Source of the DNA: Catajapyx aquilonaris
Taxonomy: Eukaryota
Length of the DNA: 55,386 nt
Assembly (NCBI GenBank): GCA_000934665.2
Contig: KZ538615.1
Location: forward strand, 62,001-117,386
Direction: 5' to 3'
The position numbers and the translations under genes were made by a program. The notes beneath the pieces are model-generated. The model worked only from the letters and a program-made list of their open reading frames with translations, searched no databases and was not told the DNA's origin. The first letter of the stretch is position 1, and each line of letters begins with the position of its first letter. This document shows positions 26,319 through 37,893 of the stretch, one piece after another.

Positions 26319-29300
26319 TTAGAATAGACGATTAGGGGCGTCCACAACCACAGCATCTCCAGAAGGTTTTCCAGGAGGAAGGTACGGAGGACGAGTCAAC
26401 ACAGGAAAGGTCACCTGCGGGGCACCTGGTAGCGCATTAGGCACGTCCACAACCACGGTATCTCCTGCATGCTGATTCGGCGGGTAGTAAGGCAGCTCCG
26501 TCAACACAGGGAAGGTTACATGTGGGGCATCCGGTAGAGGCCTGGGGCCCACCCCTGGTACCGCATTAGGCACGTCAACGACCACCGTGTCTGTTCCAAC
26601 AGCAGGTTGACCAGCAGGGAAGTACGGCGGTTGGGTCAACACTGGGAAGGTCACATGGGGCGCATCAGGTAGCGGTCGAGGCGGTGGAGGTCGAGGATAA
26701 TTGGGCACGTTCACCACCACAGCATCACCACCGGATTGACCAGGAGGGGAGTACGGCGGTTGGGTCAACACCGGAAAGGTCACATGCGGTGCGTCCGGTA
26801 GTGGCCTGGGTGCCGTCGGAGCAGCCACCGGTGCCACATTCAGTACCTGTGCCGTAAACCCAGAAGGTCCAGCCTGGTAATTTACCACTCGAAGAGAGCC
26901 ATCCTCTTCTCCGACACAATAATATCCGGTGACCACATCTCCCTGGCGTGTCTCCGATCTGCAGTGGTGCAAAGCGCCGGTCACAGGGTCACGCACCTCA
27001 TATCCGAAGCTGTAGTCCGTCGATGGGACTCCGCCATATGCAAATCCCATCAGTATGCTCAGCAGCAAAACCTATGCCAGAATCAAATAATTAGACTCGA
27101 AGGTTGGACATATTGCGATACTTGGAGAGATGGCCAGATTCAGATAATGGTTACGAGGAGGCTGTTGACATGTCCCCTGAGGGAGAGTGATTAATTGGCT
27201 GAATATCGGGGTGATCGGGGCTGCATTGGGTCAGGCTAATGAAGGGAATTAATGTCGGTGGGAAAAAGTCAGCGCACGACCTTTTTCCGTTTCCAAAGCG
27301 ACCTCACCTGCTCAAGGACTCTGCTTTGCTCACTGGCTATCTACCTGACATGTCGACATGTGTCGCTGTCACCACAAAGTGACACAAACCGGATCGGTGT
27401 TCGCCCCCAAAGTGAAAGAACATTCCCCGCCACACAGATTCGTTACGTGATACCAAACTTTCATATTACATGTATATCACACTATTCTGTTGCTGTCTTC
27501 TTACACGACAATTTTGGCCCCGACCCAAATTGAAGAATCGGCATGGGAAAGTACTTAAGTCACATTAAAAGACAATGCGGGCGAGAAGTCTGCGTGTTGG
27601 CTGCATGGATGGGTGTTACTTCACTTTCACAAGTATGCAGGGCAGGGCGTAATCGCTTATGCCCTGACAATGAGGCATTGTAAACAAATATTATTGCCTC
27701 GGGCTCGAAATTGCACTATATGAATTGAGCTTGTAGGACAAAGTGTGACATAACAGCGACTCAATGATGAATCATTATGTCATAGTCTTTTCGGACTTCT
27801 TTGAATGGAATTTTCTGCAACCAAGTATGACATAACACATGACAAAAATATAGGTTAACAAATGTTAAAAGTTCTGACACTCATTACTTTTTTCAAACGC
27901 TGAGATAAAACCATGCTTCAAATTCCTATCTATTTATTTGAATTTTTTTGGACGTCAAGAACTTTCTCATTTTTGCCCTTCACTATTGGCATCCGATGGG
28001 CGGTGAATATTACTCGTATGTCAATCAGTTTTGAAGCACAGCCCATGAAAAAAAGTAGTCACAATGCCAATCGTAATTGTTTCGCCAATCACGTATCAGC
28101 AGAAAAATATAAAACAAGTGCAATTGGCCAAGAGATCTAGTTGCTCTCATTCCGTAAAACCTGCATTTCCAAAACGGTACAGGGTGTTTATAGGTTCTGC
28201 CTGAAAATTATGTGATTGTCAGCCGGTATTTCTCAGGACGAATCATACTGTCCTTGACATAAAACGATCAAGTGTGGTGAAATCCCAATATCCAATTACT
28301 GTCATCGCAGACCAGCTCCCGTTAGAAAAAGGTACGCCGTTTCCATGTTAAGATTACTATTAGTAAGCTAGTCACGAGACTTTACCAATTCGTAATTATT
28401 TCCGTATCTCGTTTGAAGTCTGGCCTATAGGAGACTGAGAGAATTTGCTGGTTCCGTAAACTTAATTACCAGATCAGACTGGTCCTGTGTGGCATTTTAT
28501 GTGAAAATGAATGAATAATTAACTTCGAATATACGACGCCGGATTAGAGAGCTTATTCCAAGAAGACTGATAAAAAATGTCATATGTCGCAATATTCTCT
28601 TCGGTATTTACATCTTATTACTTATCCTACATTGGTCGTATGATATATCGATCATTTATAAAGCTAACTGTCTGAACATATGTCCTAAAGTAGGCCAATT
28701 AGCTTGAATGTTTGTGCTAAATATTTCGTATGGGAGTGAGACTTATGCCCCTGAAAGTTAGATATCCCCATATGATGGTGAGTCACAGCAAAGGTGAATT
28801 ACTGGTTCGAAATGAATGGGAATTCTCCAGTGACGTACTGTATACTGTATATACGTGATCACTTTCGTTTCTATCCTTTCACTCGAAGGTTTTGTGGTCT
28901 TCATTTACTTAGAAGATTCATGTTTCTTCCCGCCTCCTCTCCACTCTATGTGGAGAGTCAGACAGAAACATGTCACCTGACTAAATGCAATACTTATATG
29001 GCCCGCCTTTTTAATGTTCCTATGGTGCGCTTTGTTTCCGAAGGTACATATATCTAAGCACCATGTAGTTTCGTGAGGTCTCTTTAACATTGATATAGTG
29101 AACGAGATCTCCACGTATTTTAGCCTGGATTCCACATGATCGACTTCTCTAACAAGTAACGCAATTATTGGTGGAAATATCAGCAGCGGATTTACATGTA
29201 ACTATCACATATGATGATCTATGAACTTTTGCTGAATTGTAGTACCGTATATTTTAAAGCAAAGGTTGCGTGTTAATGTCCTCATCAGATTGACCCTAAT

Positions 29301-29600
29301 GAGAGCACAAACCATTTTAAAATACTTATTCTTCGTATAATTTATTTGGTCACAAAATTCCACAGTTGGGCTTAGTGAAAAATACCTGAACCAATCGTAA
29401 TTACATATGAAAACAGGACCAATTTTTCTAATCACAAGTGCCACGATACGCCATTTATCAAAGGTGCAATTTTCATTCAATATAATCTTGCAGACCCGAA
29501 TTTCCTACTGCCAATCGACTTAACACGTAATCACTGAGGGGAGTTCCTAATAATTTCACATGAATTATTGATAAGGTGCTCCTACCTTAACCACCGCCAT
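26319..29600 (-). CDS. Cuticular protein, RR-2 type chitin-binding domain with C-terminal Pro/Val-rich repeats (about 255 aa)
   Basis: Model: 29586-29600 (MAVVK, donor GTAGGA) joined to 26319-27071 (acceptor TAG). Signal peptide MAVVKVLLLSILMGFAYG. R&R consensus DYSFGYEVRDPVTG..SETRQGDVVTGYYCVGEEDGSLRVVNYQAGPSGFTAQV. Exon 1 is inferred from phase and the TATA box at 29673-29678. Confidence 0.88.
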
Positions 29601-29672
29601 CTTGGATAAACCGAAACGCTCTAGGAGTGGTGTGCAAATAGAGTGGAGCGCGAATAGGAAAGAACCGTTGCA

Positions 29673-29678
29673 TTTATA
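29673..29678 (-). promoter_or_regulatory. TATA box of cuticular protein gene 1
   Basis: TATAAA on the minus strand about 72 nt upstream of the inferred ATG at 29600. Confidence 0.6.
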
Positions 29679-32142
29679 GGACTAAAGTGATTGTTGGCGG
29701 CCACAACGAAAAAAAAAAAATCAGCAATGAATGGCGACTAGAGCATGGGTTTAGAGAAAAGACAGTTGATTAGTGTGAACGCCATTGATGATTGGGGCGT
29801 CCGATATGGGAGGCGGGGCTGCCAGATTTACATTCCAATCGGACACAAGTTGTAGATCGGGGGTGCTAGGACCTCAGAGGTCAGCTGGCAACCTGTCTCC
29901 CAATCTGAGGGGGCTTCCAAGCACGATAGGTGACCCTGTCGACCCAGATTTGCTAGAACCCAAAAAATGCGTGAAAGTTGTTTGCTGGTGGCGGACATCT
30001 GATATAGCTTTTATTCTGATGCCAGTCCACCGCCGGCCATATCAGGGTTGAACCTGAGATGACCTCCCCTCTAAGTACACATACACGTACCATTCTTTTG
30101 ATTTATGACATGTCCACACTGCCGACCGCCTATTCAATCGGGCTCAGTTCTATTCAGTTCGACTACTCAAACAGGACAATTCATTTTCACCTGTAAATCA
30201 AAAGCCATATCTCGAATTATTTATTACTTTCCTATTGCGGTTTTCCATCCTAGTAAATCTTTACCTGCCGTACTTAAACGGCTCTACGTGATATTAATTT
30301 TGCATGCCGTTGCACCTTGATCTAATGGCAGCCATTTTTACCTTGAGGTTGACGGACATTTTTGCTTAATAGGCTCCATTTAAAACTATTATTACAAAAA
30401 AAAATGCGAGGTAAAAAATAATTCTTGGATTTAGTGGCTTGTAATTGACACTTACAACATATGAGGTTGACGTGCATTTATTTTTGCAAGTAATTTTTTT
30501 TACAGAACGAATAGTCCTTAATTGGTACATTTGCAAATTAGTTGCATTACATTGATTATAATTTCGACATAGGATTCTAACGCAACAGGGCTGTAAAAAA
30601 AATAATGCGGAAATGGCATATTTTCATGAATTATCCATCCTTGATAAAGTGACAGTCACTTTACCTTGAGATTCGGACAATTTTCTTGCATGATACACAC
30701 GAAATGTGACTGAAAAAAAAGAGAGACAAAACAAAACGTGACACAATCGTAATGAGAAAGACACACCTTATTCGTTTGCAAGAATTATGTCGGAGAGTGG
30801 TCAAGAGAGCAACTGGTTGCCGGATTCAATGCGATCTAATTACTGGCATTATAATGCAAACGAGATCCAGTTATTCGCCTCTCGCAGGGACACCGAATAA
30901 ACAAGGGGACACAAAAAAAACACACACACACATGGAAAAATGTGAAGCTTCGGTACATTTGGAAGGATTAAGGTCATTGTTCAAATGGTTTTCCTGCGCA
31001 AACATAGACGGGGGTCGTGTTAATTAGAATTCAATGATATACGACCACCACTTTTCCCTTCACTTCAACGGACGCGTCAAAATGTAAGCAGGTTTTTTCG
31101 ATAATACCACACAGAAACAGTGCTACTGAGCATTACTCGTACTCCTGACCTCTTTACTTGGGCACTTACCTTGCAATGTTTTCTCGCATTGATAAAAGCG
31201 CCAGTGCTAAAAAGACATTTCGATGCAAATTGATCACATGCGCCATTTAAATGATTGTAAGGCGTTTGTTGAACGCATTAATGATTGGCTTAACAGTTTG
31301 TCACAATTACAAGACAAGAAGGAAAAAATAATATCACATCATGTACAATCACGTCTTTTATAGCAATACAATATGTCAAATTGTCAATTACAATAAAACT
31401 AGAAAATGAATTATTCTTAACTTCCATTTCACCCATTTCATTTGCTAATTTTATTGCAGCTACATAGTAACACCAGCAAATTAAATTTTTTATCTTTAAC
31501 GTGCCGTTATTATATAATAACGTGCCACTTTAATTCAGTAAGTGAACGTAATCATATAATGCTAGAATAATCGCGGTAATGTTTTTGCCCTTCATGCGTG
31601 ATAGGTTTACTGCTTATGAGCTTAATTAACAGAAGAGCATGATTCCTTTATCTGCTCAAGACAATCTAGACCACATTGAACTGTAATTTGATCACTTGCA
31701 AGGAGCTTGAAGTCGCAGTCTGCGTGAGGAATTAGTGTGCCGGCAACATACAATTATATTATCATTATTATATTACTTTCCTTCATTTTTATTGGTCTAC
31801 AGTTTCATGAGGTTAAAGACGTCAACCTCTTCACTCGCAGGGGGGAGAAAATGGCCCGGAGACGAACTGGTTGCGCGATTAAACGCGATAATCACACTCA
31901 TTAAGATGCGAATATGTTCTTCGTACTAGCCTTGGAGGCACATCGGATAAACAGTACAGTAATGACCCGAAGAAAAAAAAGTTTAAGTGCCCCCGACCGG
32001 GCATTAACCAGACCGCTAATTAGAAGACGCTTGATTTACGACATTTTTTCACCTTCGACTGATGACAATGTTCGCCAACAGTCGCCAACAGAACTAACGA
32101 TGCAAATTATCTGTACTGGAAAAAATTAGGGTCTAGGCCGAT

Positions 32143-33330
32143 TTACAAAAAATTATATCTGTAGGCATCGACGCTCTCCCTGTCACTGTTAGTATCAACA
32201 TGGCGACGGTAGCGTCTGCTGACAACAACAGGCACATGAAGTGAGTATGAACTATCGCTGTCCTCCTCTTCGGATGAAGGTCGCTTCTTCTGCAATAATA
32301 TCACATAAATTGACATATAATTTTTTTGGGTGTATCCATAGAGTGTACGGTACCTTTCGTGCTTTCCTCAAGAGTGAAGCCGCGTACTTGTAGGCCTTGA
32401 CGAATGCGGCTGGGCTGTGGTGTGGTGAGATCTGACAAAAATTGAATCTCACGTCAGTCTAGTCTGCACGCAACTAGTAGTTAATCATGCCATGGTGAAA
32501 ATCAGAGTGTGAAAAGTCAACTAATGGAGGTAAATTAAATTAATTGAGTCACCTTGATGGTTTTCTGGGTTGGAGGAGGGGTTGGTGGCCCAGGCTGGTG
32601 TTTAACCGAGGCTACAAATCCATTGATGTCGTCGGCCTTGTATGTTACGGTACGAATGCTGCCATCGGGTTCCTTCACAGAATACATTCCCTGTTGGGAT
32701 TACGCAGCAGGAGTTAGAAACGGAAGGGTTATTTGCTGACAGTTGCGTGCATATTGGCTTAATCTTAGAAAAAGTAGGCATACCAGTTGGTATTACTGAA
32801 ACAAATGCCGGAATTTATTGTATTGCACCGGCAGCACAAACCTTCACAGCGTCTCCATCGCGACTTTCTTCTTGCCTCTTGATATCACCTGTATCGTCGT
32901 CATTGACGTTGTACGAAAATTTGTACTCTGGTTTTGGGAACTTCTTTTCGTCTTCTTCTGGCTCTTCCTCAGTAGCGGTTTCAGGAGGTAGCAACTTTCG
33001 ATTCTTGCCCTTTTTGGTCCTAGGCCCTGCTCTAGGCGATGGCAATTTAAAGGGGATGTCGCTGTCGCCTTCCTCAGCTTCTTCCGGTATACTACTTCCA
33101 TGAGGAAGCAAGAAATAAGGGGCTTCGTCTTCATCTGCAGTTCCAAAAGCTGACTGTCTCAGCGACAGCCCCGATGGTTGGTGGTAGCGATGTCGCCTTC
33201 CGTCACTCATCTGTGCTACAAGCACCAACGCCAGTACCGTCCACGCTGATATGCACTTCTGAAGCAGATTCAAACACTTCAAGCCACGTCCAATATTATC
33301 ACTGTCCCTGCACGGAAGAGAACTTACCAT
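32143..33330 (-). CDS. Cuticular protein, RR-2 type, charged N- and C-terminal extensions (about 260 aa)
   Basis: Exons 33328-33330 (ATG only, donor GTAAGT), 32842-33258, 32553-32690, 32354-32431, 32143-32289, all GT-AG, frame preserved. Signal peptide [22 protein letters not shown]&[60 protein letters not shown]. The last two exons are less certain. An Inr-like TCAGTT lies near 33360. Confidence 0.85.
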
Positions 33331-34332
33331 GGTGTGGATGTGTCGAAGCTGCAATGACAACTGATGGATGATGTGTGAGTGTAGCTCTACTTATGGCAAC
33401 CCACCTGATCCGCTCCAACAATTCAGCAAGGGGAGAAATCGACACTTTTTGAAAGGCCTACCCGTGAAAAATAGCAGCTCTTTCGACCCCATCCGAAAGA
33501 AAAAGTGGCATTCAGTCTAATTTTTATGGGGAGCCAAGTGAAGGATGGTCGTGGTCTTAGGGTGTGTCATTTCGTAGGCCCCTATAGGAACAGACGATTG
33601 ATGGATTGTCCTATCCCCACCAAGTAAACCGGAGGCTGCCGGAAGTGGTGGTGAAGTGCAACCAGCTTCCGTATTGCTTTTGGCTCCGGAAAAGACAAGC
33701 ATTTGACCAGGATGAGGGTGGTAAAGGTGGCTCAAGAAAGTGGTGGGTGAACGACGTGCCAATGGCAATAAACACCTGAAGAAAGTAGGGCTGCAATTAC
33801 CTTCGACTCCGCTCAATGCTTATTATCAGTAGTGCTGTGGGTATTGTAGATCATTGACTCGTTTTACTTCCTTCCGCATGTATGCATTGCAGCCTGCAAC
33901 AATCGCATACTGTGCAATTATTGCGAATATAGCAGATGCTGGTCACCAGTGGGAGAATGTCAGGAATGTCCATTGCATAAGATCTGAATTATTGTTTGAC
34001 AGAACCATAACAAATTCTTCTATGGGTACAATACTACTTACATAAAAAGGTCACGAAAACACGCCGACATTGTTAAGAACCTGATTTTAAAAACCTGTAC
34101 GAGGACCTGACCATTCATGATATAAATAATTAAATGCCAGGTCAAAAAGATACCTTACCTTGTATAGTGCAGTTTTACGACTTGGCGAAATGGCACTTTA
34201 ATGAACACGTCTGGCAGTCATAAAAATTAATACTGAATAAATCGTCATCATATGGTTGTTGAAGGATGCATACACTACAAACTAATAGAAAATGCCCCTG
34301 AATGTCCGATATTTTCAGAAGCGGTTTAGGTA

Positions 34333-34357
34333 NNNNNNNNCCCCCCCCCCCCCCCCC
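34333..34357. other. Assembly gap (8 N) next to a poly-C tract
   Basis: NNNNNNNN followed by a C homopolymer. Confidence 0.95.
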
Positions 34358-34685
34358 AATCAAAATATAGACTGACTCGTAAGTATAACTGGCCCACATT
34401 TTACACGCTGCCAAATTAGGAGTGATTAATGGATACACTTTTATATTACCTTGCTAACCAGGTTCGAAGCCGGAAGGGATTAGGTGTACGCAATGTCACA
34501 TAACAAGCATCGTGTCGAAAGCTTTTATTCCTTGTTGCGTAATTTGGTTTCCAACATGTTAAAAAGTCCCGTTAGCAGTTCGACACTAAAAATTGCAATA
34601 TAACATATATGCAGTCATACATTGTCTAGAAATCTAACTTGAACGACAGGCCTAGCCTGATGACTGTCCGAGATCATTTTCGAAA

Positions 34686-35687
34686 TTAGTAGGCGTAATG
34701 GTAACCAGTGGACTGGACGTGTACGGAAGCCGCTGGTGCTACGGGAACCACTACCTGATGACAAAAACAGCGTATGAATAATTTTACAAACAAAAAGTGT
34801 TAATTGATAAGACTGCGACTCTGACCTGATGTGGTGCAGCGTAGACTACTGGTGCTACTGGTACATGATGTACCGGTACGTGGTGGGCATAAGCAACCAA
34901 ATGAGGAGCAGCCTCCACTACAACCGATGATGCAGAATTGCTGGACTGAACGGAAGACACTACCGCTGAATGAGAGTCAGCAGACTGCTCAACTTGGTCA
35001 GATGAAGGTGTTGGTGGGGGAGGTGGTGCAACGCTGGTGCTTGACACCGGCTGTACAAAAAATGCATAGCAATTAGTGTCGTGGTGTCAAATAATGTGCC
35101 AAATAAGTCCTCACCGCTGGGGTAGTCGACGAATGTTGATGTGATGGATGCTGGCGCTGAACATTGGCTCTGAATCCGTTTACGGGGTCAGCCTCGTAGG
35201 TGACAACTCGGACAGTGCCATCAGGCTCAACCAAAGAATACGATCCCTGAAGAAAATGAAACAGTTTCATCCATAACGCCGAAAATAATTGTTACTGACC
35301 AAAATTTGTGAGGACAGCTTACCTGGACATTGTCTCCGTTGCGCGTCTCATGCTGATCCTTGATGTCGCCTGTGTTCTCATCTTTCACCTGGTATGAAAA
35401 GGTATACCCTTGTTGGTCCCGCTGTTCCACCTGCTGCTGAACTGACTTCACTGCAGGTACAACTGGTACAACAGCCCTGTGGTGTTGTTGTACCACAACA
35501 GATGAAGAGGCAACCGGGACGTGAACAGCAGGCTGCAGTACTCGGTACACCACAGGTTGCGCCAGATGCAGCACTCCGGGGGTCACACTGGCCACCAGGC
35601 TCAGCACCAAAAGAACAACGGCCTGCAAATATCATATGATCTAGCATTTGTCGTAATATAGGAGGAATGGCACCGTACCTTCGACAT
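34686..35687 (-). CDS. Cuticular protein, RR-2 type, Val/Ala/His/Pro-rich (about 244 aa)
   Basis: Exons 35679-35687 (MSK), 35323-35622, 35115-35246, 34826-35050, 34686-34754, all phase 0 GT-AG. Signal peptide present. R&[62 protein letters not shown] motifs, C-terminus GYHYAY. Confidence 0.93.
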
Positions 35688-35731
35688 GATGAGTGTGTTG
35701 ATCCTGTACCGAATAGGATGGGTGGTGGGCC

Positions 35732-35738
35732 TTATATA
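35732..35738 (-). promoter_or_regulatory. TATA box of cuticular protein gene 3
   Basis: TATATAA on the minus strand about 45 nt upstream of the ATG at 35687. Confidence 0.65.
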
Positions 35739-37893
35739 CCCTTGACCATGATGGGAGCAAGGAAGAAGACAGTTTTTCTTATTGACCCCCGAGGATCATG
35801 ATTGGTGAAAACGAGAACAAAAAGTCGTCTACCTCCAATTTTTTGCAGTGTTTTTTCCCATCTGCGTACGACCTTGACTTTTATGTAAACTGTAGCAATA
35901 AAAAACAAGACCAGGGCGCTGGTCCTTTTAAGCAATACTGGATGTTTCATCGTTTATTACATTGGGAAGTTTCTCATAATACCTGCTACAGTTCATATTT
36001 GAATTGTCATAAAATATTGTCCAACTTTCATGCTTTCTTACCAAGAACAATGCGTTTAAACTGCCAAAAATGAGTAAAATCGCGAAGTTTCGATGCGTGT
36101 CACAAGGCCACACTTGCGAAATTTGGGCAAATGGACTAGGCAAGTTTGAAGATGCCAACCTTGCCCTTCGAGTTATCGCAGCCTTCAACACTCAGGGTCA
36201 ACGCCATTCCGCGTCAGTTTTTAAATTCTTTGTATAGCTGTCACATGCAGGGCAGGGTTTTCTCTTTCTTGGTCGCAAAAAGTGTCGCACACTAATTCCG
36301 TCACCTTATCTCAATATGTAAGGCGTATTATAATATAAACTGGTTTGGAACATGAAGTAGTGACACTAAATAATCAACGCCGTAGCAAATTAAAAATTGA
36401 TACAAAAGGTCGAAAAAGATAAATCCCCGATAACAGCAACAAAATGGGAAAAATGAAAGGATATCAAGTCTGACTGACCTCTGCTTGACAATTTATTTTT
36501 TAAGGTTGTGAATAACAAATGAGGGAAAGGGTAAGAATACATAGCCTTCAACCAATTCATACTCTATGAAAGTGTAATAGTATGAGTGGTGATAGAGAGC
36601 AGTGCTGCCTAGGGGCAAACCTGAAGCTGATTCTATAAGGTCATCCGAGTAACTGTTGAAATGGTATCAGTAAAAATATCTCAAGATGGGCAAATAACCG
36701 GTTTATCATTTAGCCGCAGGACAATGTTTCATCATCCAGACACAATAACACTCTAAATTCAATAATCGAATTCAATCGTTTTTTATTGTATACCACACAA
36801 AAAGTACAGGAGTTTCACATTTTTCAGCCTTTATTCAAGATTACAGCATCTTAGATGCAATAAAAATTCGGCATACATAGGCTAATTACCAGCTTGGCAG
36901 CATATACAATGTCAGACCAAGACAGTACACGTGATTTATTTCCAAAGAACAGTATAATCAAACCGAACATCTTGTAGTTCATAACGTAAAATTATATTCC
37001 ACTATCAAAACCCAGAATCACACAGGTTATGAATAACGTCTGGCTTTAAAAAATTTTCCCCTAAGAGGACACTTGCTTATCACAGATTATCCTTTTATAA
37101 TTACAAATTGCATGAAACAAGGAAGGGAGACCAGTCTACTTTTCTTTTTCGGAAGTATATTACTACCTCCTTCCTTCAACTCCTGACCTCAGTTGGCAAG
37201 ATATGAAACTGGCAATAATATTCTCCCTTCAACAGTGTAAGGAAAAGGGCTTCCATTTCCCTCTGGTAACTGACGAACAGCTCGTGATGTAACATGTACT
37301 AAAAGTAACGGAGCAAATGACGGATCATCACTGTAGAAAAATTTCGCATGAACTTACAATAAACAAACACTATCAGTGGTATCACTGTAGTAAAAAGCAC
37401 TTCTTACTACGCAACGGACTTTTAAAAATAGCAACTACACGCTACCAAATACCATTCAGGAGGTGAAGATGTCGTTTGACAAATAGAGCCAGAAAATGAG
37501 CAACGGGACATTCTATACAGTAATGTCATCGACCTATAGGCGCTACACTATCACATTAGTATGAATCAGCACAATGGCAGAAGCTACCGCTGAAAACTGA
37601 TTCAAAACGAATGACTCACTGGCCACCATGGGAAATACAGCAGCAAAAACCAGCACAAAATGCTCACACAGGTACTGTACGGTGTTTACGGGAATCACCT
37701 CATTGCACAAGGTATGAAGAGTCACGCAAAACCCAGAGTGCAACCCTTTTTTTGTACTCACAGAATAGACAACTCAAAAATGGAAGAACAAATATGATGT
37801 CGCTGGTCGCTCACAGTCAGTGAAACCAATATCGAAAAAATTGTGTAAAATAATGTCACGTGCGACTTGTTGCATCATTCCGACGAAAACTTT

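Noticed and set aside
27150..27360. Alternative first exons for cuticular protein 1 (MSTASS.., MSTCQ)
   Set aside because: The first is out of phase with exon 2. The second is in phase but lacks a TATA box; the 29586-29600 exon fits better, though it is not proven.
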